A DNA stretch of 64,000 bases, taken from the NCBI GenBank assembly GCA_002269645.1, contig NIVC01000435.1, positions 97,099-161,098 of the forward strand, in the 5' to 3' direction. Below the pieces are notes generated by a model. That model had not been told where the DNA came from and searched no databases. It saw only the letters and a list, made by a program, of their open reading frames with translations. Source of the DNA: Macrostomum lignano. Lineage: Eukaryota. Below are positions 11,059-23,000 of this stretch, one piece after another (the stretch's first letter is position 1; each line of letters starts with the position of its first letter). A program made the translations under genes and the position numbers.

Positions 11059-14000
11059 ATGAGTGATGCAACACAGGATTCTACATTTGCCGCACTGCAA
11101 TCGCCATTCCCTGCTGGTAAGAAAATATATAGCCAATGTCTTTGCTTTTGCCATTTTAATTAGTTTTAACTGCTAATTACTAACTGCTTAATTTATGTTT
11201 TAGCAGCAATTGGGACAAAAAGTGTAAAGAAGTTTGCCAATATTGCTCATGGTGCCGAGCCTGATGAGGTTTGTGATTTTTTTATCTAATGTTTTTCATA
11301 TTCAATTTTAATGTTAGAAACAATTTGTTAAAATTTAGAAGCATTTTGCTTTTTTCTTGCAGAAAATGACCAAACTAGTGCAGGAGAATTTCGATTTACG
11401 TTTGCACTGCTATCATTTAAAAGAGAAACTGGATAAAGTCACCAATGGAGCGGATGTTTCTACTGATTTGGTTAGTTAGTTATTACTTGGTTTACCCAAA
11501 TAAGTATGGCTTTATATATTAGAAACTTCATTCCAAAATGTTGTTTTTCAATCATCTTTGGCTCGAAATGTGCATCTTGCAGTTTACAAAACGAGCCTGT
11601 GAACTGAATCTGTAAACTGTGCATCTACTCTGTCTATTTAGAATTTCACGTAGAGAGCCTCAATTCGATTGTTGTAATCTAATTTTTATTAGAAATTTCG
11701 TAATGAGCCACACTAAACAGCGATTTCGACTCGCAGTATAGCGTAGGGAGCCTCAGGATTTTAATTTTATCAATTGCGAATTTAAATGTACAGACCCGCT
11801 TAGCCTACTTAGAATACCACGTAGAAAGCCTCTTGATTTTAATTTTATCGAATGTAAAATTAAATTTAGACTCGCGTCGCCTACTTAGAATCACGCTTAG
11901 AGAGCCTCCTAATATTAATTTTATCGATTTTAAATTCAAATTTAGACTCGCGTCGCCTACTTAGAATCACGCGTAGAGAGCCTGACTCGCGAACTAGAAG
12001 TTAAGCGACGCCTATTAACCGAAGGCTCCGAAGCGCTCAGCCAGTTAGACGAACAATTAAAATCTGCTCAAATCGAACGCGACGACGCCGAAGCTCGATG
12101 CGCCAAATTACGCGAGCAACTCGACAACGCCGTTTCTGCCAATGTCGTCGGCGGCACAAGCAGCTTACCTAATAACAACGATTCCAATGCCGCCGCGACA
12201 GCTCCGGGCGCTTCAACGTCGGCTGGCGGCGCGTCTTCGTCTACGAAATCTGGCGATTTGAATGAGCAGCGCATATTGAAGATGGCCGGTCTGTTGCAGG
12301 GCTCCTGGCGGAGGCAGGAGAAGCTCGAGTCTCGCCTAGCCAAGGCTGAGACAGAAGCGGCCAAACTCAAAGAACTGGAAGCCGCTGCGGAAGAGTGCGG
12401 TTTTGCCTTGGCCGAACTGCCCGATCGAGTGGCCGAGCTGAATAGGGAACTGGAGGCTGCGAATGCCTCGCTGGCTGATGCTGGCACCGTTATTGAGGTA
12501 TAAGCTAGTGCTACTAAAGTGCTAGTGTGATTTTATTGGATCTGATGCTAAATGATATTGAATTTTTGTGATAACTCAGATGGCTGTTCGTGGGATGCTT
12601 AGCTTGAGATATTTCTAGAAATTCGATTTGTTCTTAAATCATAAATAGCTAAGATCTTTAGTATCTGGGATCTGATGCTCAAATGGGATTATCTACTATT
12701 TGGGATCTGATGCTCAAATGAGATTATCTACTATCTGAGATCTGATGCTCAAATGGGATCTACTATCTGAGATCTGATGCTCAAATGGGATTATCTACTA
12801 TCCGAGATCTGATGCTCAAATGGGATTATCTACTATCCGAGATCTGATGCTCAAATGGGATTATCTACTATTTGGGATCTGATGCTCAAATGGGATTTCT
12901 CCTATCTGGGATCTGATGCTCAAATGGGATTTCTACTATCTGAGATCTGATGCTCAAATGGGATTTCTCCTATCTGAGATCTGATGCTCAAATGGGATCT
13001 ACTATCTGAGATCTGATGCTCAAATGGGATTATCAACTATTTGAGATCTGATGCTCAAATGGGATTATCTACTATCTGGGATCTGATGCTCAAATGGGAT
13101 TTCTACTATCTGAGATCTGATGCTCAAATGGGATTTCTCCTATCTGAGATCTGATGCTCAAATGGGATCTACTATCTGAGATCTGATGCTCAAATGGGAT
13201 TATCAACTATTTGAGATCTGATGCTCAAATGGGATTATCTACTATCTGGGATCTGATGCTCAAATGGGATTATCTACTATTTGGGATCTGATGCTCAAAT
13301 GGGATTATCTACTATCTGAGATCTGATGCTCAAATGAGATTATCTACTATCTGAGATCTGATGCTCAAATGGGATTATCAACTATTTGGGATCTGATGCT
13401 CAAATGGGATTTCTCCTATCTGGGATCTGATGCTCAAATGAGATTATCTACTATCTGAGATCTGATGCTCAAATGGGATTATCAACTATTTGGGATCTGA
13501 TGCTCAAATGGGATTTTCTCCTATCTGGGATCTGATGCTCAAATGAGATTATCTACTATCTGAGATCTGATGCTCAAATGGGATTATCAACTATTTGGGA
13601 TCTGATGCTCAAAAGGGATTTCTCCTATCTGGGATCTGATGCTCAAATGTGATTATCAACTATTTGGGATCTGATGCTCAAATGGGATTATCAACTATTT
13701 GGGATCTGATGCTCAAATGGGATTTCTCCTATCTGGGATCTGATGCTCAAATGTGATTATCAACTATTTGGGATCTGATGCTCAAATGGGATTATCAACT
13801 ATTTGGGATCTGATGCTCAAATGGGATTTCTCCTATTTGGGATCTGATGCTCAAATGGGATTTTCTCCTATCTGGGATCTGATGCTCAAGTTCAAAAATT
13901 TCTTTGGATAAATCCTCCGATGAGAACTCTTGCATTGTTATTCTGACTTAGTGCTATGCATCATATTAATCACTCTGTTATCCTTCCTCATTGCACAGAA

Positions 14001-17000
14001 TCTGCAGGCGCAACTAGACGAAGGCAAAGCTGAAATCGAAGAGCTCAATCAGCTTCTGGATGAATATCGGGTATGTAGTTTTTATTTTTATTATGCCTAA
14101 CATGTAGCTTTAAACACTATTCTTCATTTTCTACCCGATCTTGCTACTTACAGCAGGAAGTTGCGTCTCTAAATGCCGAGAAAGCAGTCAACGGTCAGGC
14201 CAGCGCTCCGGTTCCCCTGGTAACAGCAAAAACAACTACTACTAATTTCCAGCAGCATCTGCAGCATCGCAGTACGGCTACGGATGCTGACACGGCCTCT
14301 TCATCAACTCAACGCGGCGTCGGCGGCGGCTTAGACGTGGAAGCTGGCGGCTCGTTCTGGGAGAGCATCCGTCTGGGAGCTCAGAATCGACGCAGCCTCA
14401 CTATTGCCGGCTCAGTGCCCGCCTCAGCTTCAGCTGGTCCAACTAGCGGGGGCGGTGGCGGCAGCGTGTCTGCTCTGGTTGAAGGTCTCGGCGCTTTAAG
14501 CCTGCTTGGCTCTGCAGCGGAATTGCAACAACAGCAGCAGCAGCAGCAACAGTTGGTTGAAATGAGTGCCGAGGCGCGTCAGTGCTTGAATGCTAGCGGT
14601 AAACGGTTCTATCATCTGTGCGTCACATCTCTGGCTAGTAGTGGCGGGGTTGCGGCACCCGAGAATGCTCCGGCTACCATTGAGGACGATGGCTGCGCAG
14701 TGACAGAAGCGGCCGCTGCTACGACTAATGCTGGACAGATTAATTACGAATTGAGCATGTCCGAGTTGACTGGGCCAGGGCTGATGGAACAGGTGAGTTG
14801 ACTCTGTAAAGTTACTATATTTAACACCCAGTGAGCCCTTGATAATAAGCACTAGCTGCTATAAAAGAGAGAGTCCCTATTCTCTTCATCAACTGAGCGG
14901 AGGTTAGTAGTTTATTTACTGACAAGTAGGTTACTGACAGGTATCTAAGTGACAAGTAGGTTACTGACAAGTATCTAAATGACAAGTAGGTTACTGACAG
15001 GTTACAGGTAGGTTACTGACAAGTATCTAAATGACAAGTAGGTTACTGACAGGTTACAGGTAGGTTACTGACAAGTATCTAAATGACAAGTAGGTTACTG
15101 ACAGGTTACGGGTAGGTTACTGACAAGTATCTAAATGACAAGTAGGTTAATGACACGTAGGTTACTGACAAGTAGGTTACTGACAGGTAGGTTTCTGACA
15201 ATTAGGTTACTGACAGGTAGGTTACTGATAAGTATCTAAATGACAAGTAGGTTAATGATACGTAGGTTACTGACAGGTAGGTTTCTGACAATTAGGTTAC
15301 TGACAGGTAGGTTACTGATAAGTATGTGAAAGGCAAGTAGAAATTAATGTCACTTTATTTTTATAAGAGGAGTAAAATTTAACTGGGCTACTTTAAAGTA
15401 GTAGTAATAACATTTTTGTTAGTTTAAAGGACGGATATACGAGCCAATATTATTCTCACAGCTTTAACTTATCGCTTTGAACCATAAAAAGTGTGATAAA
15501 AAATGCTATTGCTACTGTTTTTTTGGACCTCGTGGGAATACGTGCGTTTGTCTTCTTGGCTTGTGCTATAGTTATACTTAATTCCCAATTAATGATTTGC
15601 ATAATTCCATACATTTATTACTTCTTCATTGATACATGTAAGTGATAAGCTTTGCTATAAAATACTGAATTGTATTTTATTGCTTGTAGCTTTTATGGCT
15701 AAGTATTTCTGGGCGCCGGTTAATCTTAATAATCAGTTTTTGTCATGACTAGTCACTGCAACAACTGGTTTGTATAATCGTCTAGTACTCTAAAGTTTCT
15801 GTTTGTACTTTGAATTTGAATTTAACTTTCAAATTAGAATTGTTATATATATATATTACTGTGTATTATCTCCATGTAGGCACAGATGAGAGCTGACTGT
15901 CAACTTAGCTGACTTCAGTTGCTAACCTATTTGACTCCAGTTACAACTTAGCTGACAACTTCGCTGACTCCAGTTGCAACTTACGAGTCAACTCGTAAGT
16001 CAACTCGTAGCTGACCCCAGTTGCAACCTAGTTGACTCCAGTTGCAACCTAGTTGACTCCAGTTGCAACCTAGTTGACTCCAGTTGCAACCTAGTTGACT
16101 CCAGTTGCAACCTAGTTGACTCCAGTTGCAACCTAATTGACTCCAGTTGCAACCCTAGTTGACTCCAGTTGCAACCTACGAGTCAACTCGTAAGTCAACT
16201 CGTAGCTGACTCCAGTTGCAACCCTAGTTGACTCTAGTTGCAACTTAACTGACTCCTGTTGCAACCCTAGTTGCAACTTAGCTGACTCCAGTTGCAACCC
16301 TAGTTGCAACTTAGCTGACTCCAGTTGCAACCCTAGTTGCAACTTAGCTGACTCCAGTTGCAACCCTAGTTGACTCTAGTTGCAACTTAACTGACTCCTG
16401 TTGCAACCCTAGTTGCAGCTTAGCTGACTCCAGTTGCAACCTAATTGAGTCCAGTTACAACCCTAATTGACACCAGTTGCAGCTTAGCTGACTCCAGTTG
16501 CAACCTAATTGACTTCAGTTGCAACCTAATTGACTCCAGTTGCAACTTAACTGACTCCTGTTGCAACCCTAGTTAACTCCAGTTGCAACTTAACTGACTC
16601 CTGTTGCAACCCTAGTTAACTCCAGTTGCAACTTAACTGACTCCTGTTGCAACCCTAGTTAACTCCAGTTGCAACTTAACTGACTCCTGTTGCAACCCTA
16701 GTTAACTCCAGTTGCAACTTTACTGACTCCTGTTGCAACCCTAGTTAACTCCAGTTGCAACTTAACTGACTCCTGTTGCAACCCTAGTTAACTCCAGTTG
16801 CAACTTAACTGACTCCTGTTGCAACCCTAGTTAACCCCAGTTGCAACTTAGCTGGCTCTCTCTCAACAATAAGCCTGGCACTGTATTTGCACCCATCAAC
16901 CCTAACGCAGGTGTCGCAGTTGCGCACCCATTCTCTGCCAATGTCGATGGACGCCGCGGCAGCGATGAGCGCCGCCGAGCTCGGCCAGTTGAAAGGCGTC

Positions 17001-20000
17001 TTCGACCGGCTGCTCGGTCAGCTGCGCGGCGCCGAGGCCGGTCTCCAGGCCGCTCTGTCCACTACGCTAGGCAATGTGTCCGCTCTGCTAGGCTCGGCTA
17101 CCGCTTTCGCTAACAATACTACTATGAACAATACTAATCATAGGATGTCTTCAATTCGACCCTGCGGCGCTAATCAGGAAGACGATTCGTTTGCTCTGGG
17201 TAACAACCAGTACAATCGCGACGTGTCTCTGCTATCTGCCCAGCTGATGCAGCCGCCTGGTACGCCCGGCCTACGCTCGATGGAAGAAGAGAACGCGTTG
17301 GCTATGCGCAATCTGCAGGATCACGTGGCCGAGGTTAAACAGGCGCTCACTGGCTTTGGAAGGATTGGCTGCATGCTCGAAGCGCTGCTGGCTGGGGCTG
17401 GTGGGTACAAATTTGAGTAAAATTCTTATTTATTGTCTAATAAATGCCTCAATCTCCTCACAATCTGCTTCACCTGAGCCTTAACTCCTTTAACTAACTA
17501 AATGTCCTTCTAACATCCCAAATCTCATTTCTTTAATCTTTTAGTCCCTTCTCAGAATCCCTAATCCCAAGTGACTTCAATTATTCCAAAATCTCCTCCC
17601 CGTATTCAAAGATCTCTTTCCTCTAATCCCAAGTCCTTTAATCTAATCCTAAAGTCACCCACTCTAATCCCCAACTTTCCTTCCCCGCTAATAGGGAATG
17701 TTTCTTAGTTTTAATAATTCTGGCCCTTTTCAAAACCAGCCTCCCCGCTGCATCAATCGATTTCCTGATCCTATTTCCTTACACAGTTGCCGAGGCATCC
17801 AACTGCAGCTTCAATCTAGACGATCAGCAGCAAGCATCGGCTAGCGAGCATCATCTGTCCCAGCCTCATCAACAGCAGCAGCAGCAGCATCAACGCCATA
17901 ACCGCCATCAGCATCATCACCTGCTAGACACCGACGCCGACGAATGGGCCACGCCGCCGTCGCCTCCGCCAACGACAACGGCGCCCAAGCCACCGCAGCC
18001 ACCTGGCGTATCGGTGACTTCCACCTTGACAGACGTGACCACCTGTCCTGGCAGCAGTTTAATGACTGGCGAAGTCGCTGAAGGTACCGCCAACGCCGCC
18101 TCTGCCTCCACCGCTGCTGACGCTGAAACCGAAGCAGAAGCGGCCACTAATTCGCCTCCAAGCCTTCGTCTAGACGATCTGATGCACCTAGCGAAAAAGC
18201 CGCCCGGCCCGTCCGCGTCGTTGTCCATTTCAACATCGCGTTCGTCGGCTGAGTCCTCGACTAGGGCTGTTGCTGTTGAAGCCCAGACCGACTGCCATTA
18301 CGATGAACAAGCGATGGCTGCTAGGTAGGTTTTAATAAGGCAACTGTGCCAACAGCACAGATGCATGTAACTTTGTGGCACAATTGGCAGAGTTTAGTGT
18401 GCTAAATCGAGTGTCCTTTTCCTTTTGCCCCAGATGCCGCACCCTGGAAGCCATTTGGCGCAAACGATCTTCAAGTGTCCTTTCCCATTTGCCTCAGATG
18501 CCGCACCCTGGAAGCCATTTGGCGCAAACGACCTTCAAGTGTCCTTTCCCTTTTGCCCCAGATGCCGCACCCTGGAAGCCATTTGGCGCAAACGACCTTC
18601 AGGTGTCCTTTCCCATTTGCCCCAGATGCCGCACCCTGGAAGCCATTTGGCGCAAACGACCTTCAGGTGTCCTTTCCCATTTGCCCCAGATGCCGCACCC
18701 TGGAAGCCATTTGGCGCAAACGACCTTCAGGTGTCCTTTCCCATTTGCCCCAGATGCCGCACCCTGGAAGCCATTTGGCGCAAACGACCTTCAGGTGTCC
18801 TTTCCCTTTTGCCCCAGATGCTGCACCCTGGAAGCCATTTGGCGTAAACGACCTTCAAGTGTCCTTTCCCTTTTGCCCCAGATGCCGCACCCTGGAAGCC
18901 GAACTGGCCGCCGCTATAAGCCGAGCCGATCACCTCCAATCGGAGCTGTCAGCCGCTCTAGCCGACACCGAGCAGGCCCAGGATGAAGCCAAGAATCTGG
19001 CCGCCAATTGTGATCAGCTGCGCGATCAGATGGCCGAATTAGCCGAGGAGGGCGCCGAGCTCAAGGCCAAGTTGGCTTTGGCTAGTCAAACTGCCGATTC
19101 AAAATCCGACGACTCGGTTTATAAAGAATTCGAAGCCGCTCTAGTTGAGAAATCTGCTCAGTTAGCCGGACTAGAGGCTGAGCTGGAGTTCACCAAGGCT
19201 GCTCAGTTGGATTCTGAGAAAAGGGAGGCCGAATTGAATGCTCTACTGGAGTCGGTTAGAGCTGAGTTGGAACCTGCTGCAGCACAGTTGAGTGAGAAAG
19301 CTGCTGAGTTGGATGCCGCAAAGGCTGAATTAGAATCTTCAATTTCCAAACTCGAACTTGTCGAAGCTAATCTAGCTGAGAAGTCTACTCGGCTTGAGTC
19401 CGCCGAGTCTGAGCTCGAATTGGCTAAATCCAATATCGAACAGTTGGAAACCGATCTAGTTGAGACTGCGAATCAACTCGAAACCGCCGAGTCTGAGCTG
19501 GAATCCGCTAAGTCCAATATCGAACAGCTCGAAGTTAACCTTAACGAAAAAGCTACTCAACTTGAGTCCACTGAAACCGAATTGAAATCGGCTAAATCAA
19601 ATCTTGAACAGATGGAAGCTGAAATAGTTGACAAAACTTCTCAACTTGAGCAAGCTGAATCCGAATTAGAATCAGCTAAATCCGGTATGGAACAGTTGAA
19701 ATCCGAACTCGTTGACAAGACTGCTGAACTCGAGTCCGCCGAGTTGCAGTTGAATTCCGCTAAATCCAGCATTGAACAGTTCGAAACTAGCCTAATTGAG
19801 AAGACTGCTCAACTAGAGACAGCAGAATCCGAGCTAGAATCGCTCAAGGCCACCGTCGATAAATTAGAAGCCGAGTTAGTTGATAAACAGACTCAGCTTG
19901 AGTCGGCCGAGTCTGAGCTGCAGTTGGCCAATTCGAATGTCGAACAGTTGGAAGCCAACCTAGTTGAGAAGGCTGCTCAGTTTGAGTCTTCCAGATCTGA

Positions 20001-23000
20001 GCTGCAGTCGGCTAAGTCAAATATCGAACAATTAGAAGCTGAACTGGCTGCTAAGACTGCTCAACTTGAGACTGCCGAATCTGAGTTAGAGTCCGCCAAA
20101 GCTAATTATGAACAGTTGGACTCGAACATGATTGAGAAGACTGCTCAACTTGAGTCGGTCGAGTCCGAGTTGAAGTTGGCTAAATCCAATATTAAACAGC
20201 TTGAAGCAAATCTGCTAAAGAAGACTGTTCAGCTGAAATCCACCGAGGCTGAGCTGAGCGAATTGCGCGAACAGTACGGCGTTGCACAGGTACTGGCAGA
20301 TAGATTTTGCACTGCAGTAGCGAGATGTAGCCTCTTCTATAAATAGTGCATAGATATTGTCCTACAGTCAATAAGATATTGTCCTACAGTAGATGTTGTC
20401 CTACAGTAGATAGATATTGTCCTACAGTAGATAGGTATTGTCCTACAGTAGATAAATATTTTCTACGGTAGATAGATATTATCCTACAGTAGATAGGTAT
20501 TGTCCTACAGTAGATATTGTCCTACAGTAGATAGATATTGTCCTACAGTAGATAGATATTGTCCTACAGTAGATAGATATTGTCCTACAGTAGATAGATA
20601 TTGTCCTACAGTAGATAGATATTGTCCTACAGTAGATAAATATTGTCCTACAGTAGATATTGTCCTACAGTAGATAGATATTGTCCTACAGTAGATAGAT
20701 ATTGTCCTACAGTAGATAGATATTGTCCTACAGTAGATAGATATTGTCCTACAGTAGATAAATATTGTCCTACAGTAGATATTGTCCTACAGTAGATAGA
20801 TATTGTCCTACAGTAGATAGATATTGTCCTACAGTAGATAGATATTGTCCTACAGTAGATAGATATTGTCCTACAGTAGATAAATATTTTCTACGGTTGA
20901 TAGATATTGTCCTACGACATATACACATGTCTAACGAGCAGATAGATACTATCCTGCAGTAGAAACGCATACACAGTAGCCAGTACAGCACGTAGACACG
21001 TACTCTGGTAAGCATTCAGCCAGCGTGTAACGCCCTTACCCTCCGCTCGCACCCGCAGCAGGACCAGGAGCATCAGAAGCGTCAAAGTCACGCCGCCGAG
21101 ATGGCCGAAGTGCTGACCAGCTATCGCGAGCTCACTAGCAAGTGCGAGCGGGCCGTCAGCCTCAGCGTGGAGCTGCAGAACCGGGCAGAGGAGCTGCGGG
21201 CCAAGCTGAACTCGCGGACTAAGTGAGTTAATATGCGTGTCTTGGAATTGGTTGCTCTGGGTCCTTTCACATCTTTAGTTTCTGGGCCATTCTCCCAGAT
21301 CCTCAGTTGCTGGGCTGCCAGCCTCCCAGATCCTCAGTCTCTGGGCCAGCCTCCCAAATCCTCAGTTGCTGAGCCAGCCTCCCAAATCCTCAGTTGCTGG
21401 GCCAGCCTCCCAGATCCTCAGTTGCTGAGCCAGCCTCCCAGATCCTCAGTTGCTGAGCCAGCCTCCCACATCCTCGGTTGCTGAGCCAGCCTCCCAGATC
21501 CTCAGTTGCTGAGCCAGCCTCCCAGATCCTCAGTTGCTGAGCCAGCCTCCCAGATCCTCAGTTGCTGATCCATTCTCCCAGATCCTCAGTTGCTGAGCCA
21601 GCCTCCCAGATCCTCAGTTGTTGAGCCAGCCTCCCACATCCTCGGTTGCTGAGCCATTCTCCCAGATCCTCAGTCGCTGGGCCAGCCTCCCAAATCCTCA
21701 GTTGCTTGGCCATTTTCCCTGATCCTCAGTTGCTGGGCCACAGCCACCGTTCCAGACCTTCAGATTTTAGAATGCTGATTTGAATTTGTAATGAAATGGA
21801 ACACACTAATAAAACTCTTTTACTCAAAAATCTATAATAACCCACCGACAGGCGACTTGAATCCGTTCAGAAGTCCAACAGTCAGTTGAAGGCTATGTTA
21901 AAGAAAAGTGACGACACCTGCAATCAGCTGAGTCTGGAGCTCAAAGCGTAAGTGTATAACATTTGTTAAATATTTAAGTTATTTTTCTTAGAAACAGCTT
22001 TTCTTAGAATCAAGTCTCATAATGCGTCATCCCTATTTTGTTTCCCAGCACCAAGCTTGAAATCGAGGACAAGACGGCCCTGACGGAGAAGCTTCTGCGC
22101 TACATCTCTCGTCTAGGCGCACCGCATCCCGCCGGCACCGGCGCCGCCGCCAACGCCGCCGCAGGCGCCGATTTCGACCCCGACGAGCTCGAAGGTTCAT
22201 TGTCGACCAACGCGTCGTCTTCATCGACTTCAACTGCCACGGGCGCCAGCAGTTCCGGCACTCCCCTAGAAGCGGCCAGAGCTTGCAGTCCGAGTCCTGC
22301 CGTCTGCGGCGATTCCGCCTCCGCCGCTGCCGCTGCCGCCGCTGCCGCTGCTTGGCCCGAGGTGATCCAGGCCGAGATCACGCTGCACGATGCCCTGGCC
22401 CGCGTGTCCAACTGCGGCGCGATTGGCGGCCTGAGCGCCTCGGCCAATGCCAACACCGGATGCGGCGACGGGGGGCCATTAGCTTTGGCGCGCGAATTGC
22501 GACGCGCACTACGCGATCTGCGCCATCTACGCTCGCGCCTATCGCAATCCTTGGCCGAATCGCGTCGCTTAGCTGGCCAGCTGGCCAACGTTGACGGTCG
22601 AGCGGACGAATTGGCCAGTCTGCGTCGGACGGCCGACGAGCTGCGCAAAGAGAATAACGAGCTCAAAGCTGTTGCTAAGGACAACAACAATTCTAGTGAG
22701 CAGTTTGTCTTATGTTGCTTGTTGTAGGTAGAATTTGTCATTGTCGTAGCGGTAAACCGCCTCATTATTCTTGTTTAACAATCATTCCTCGAAGAGTAGA
22801 AAATGGCGATACAAACTTTGATAATCACCCCATGAAATTACCTTCAATCCTTCAGAAATCGCCTTACGAATCTTAAAAATCGCCCTGGGAAATCGCTTCA
22901 CCAATTTTAAGAATCGCCTTAGGAAATCGCTCTACCAACATGAGAATCGCCCTGGGGAATCGCTCTACTAGCATAAGAATCGCCCTAAGAAATCGCTCTA

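Noticed and set aside
18475-18881. 623-aa ORF 18475..20346 as a stand-alone gene
   Set aside because: The N-terminal ~135 aa are the 64-bp repeat read through three frames; the rest is exon 9 of the spliced gene
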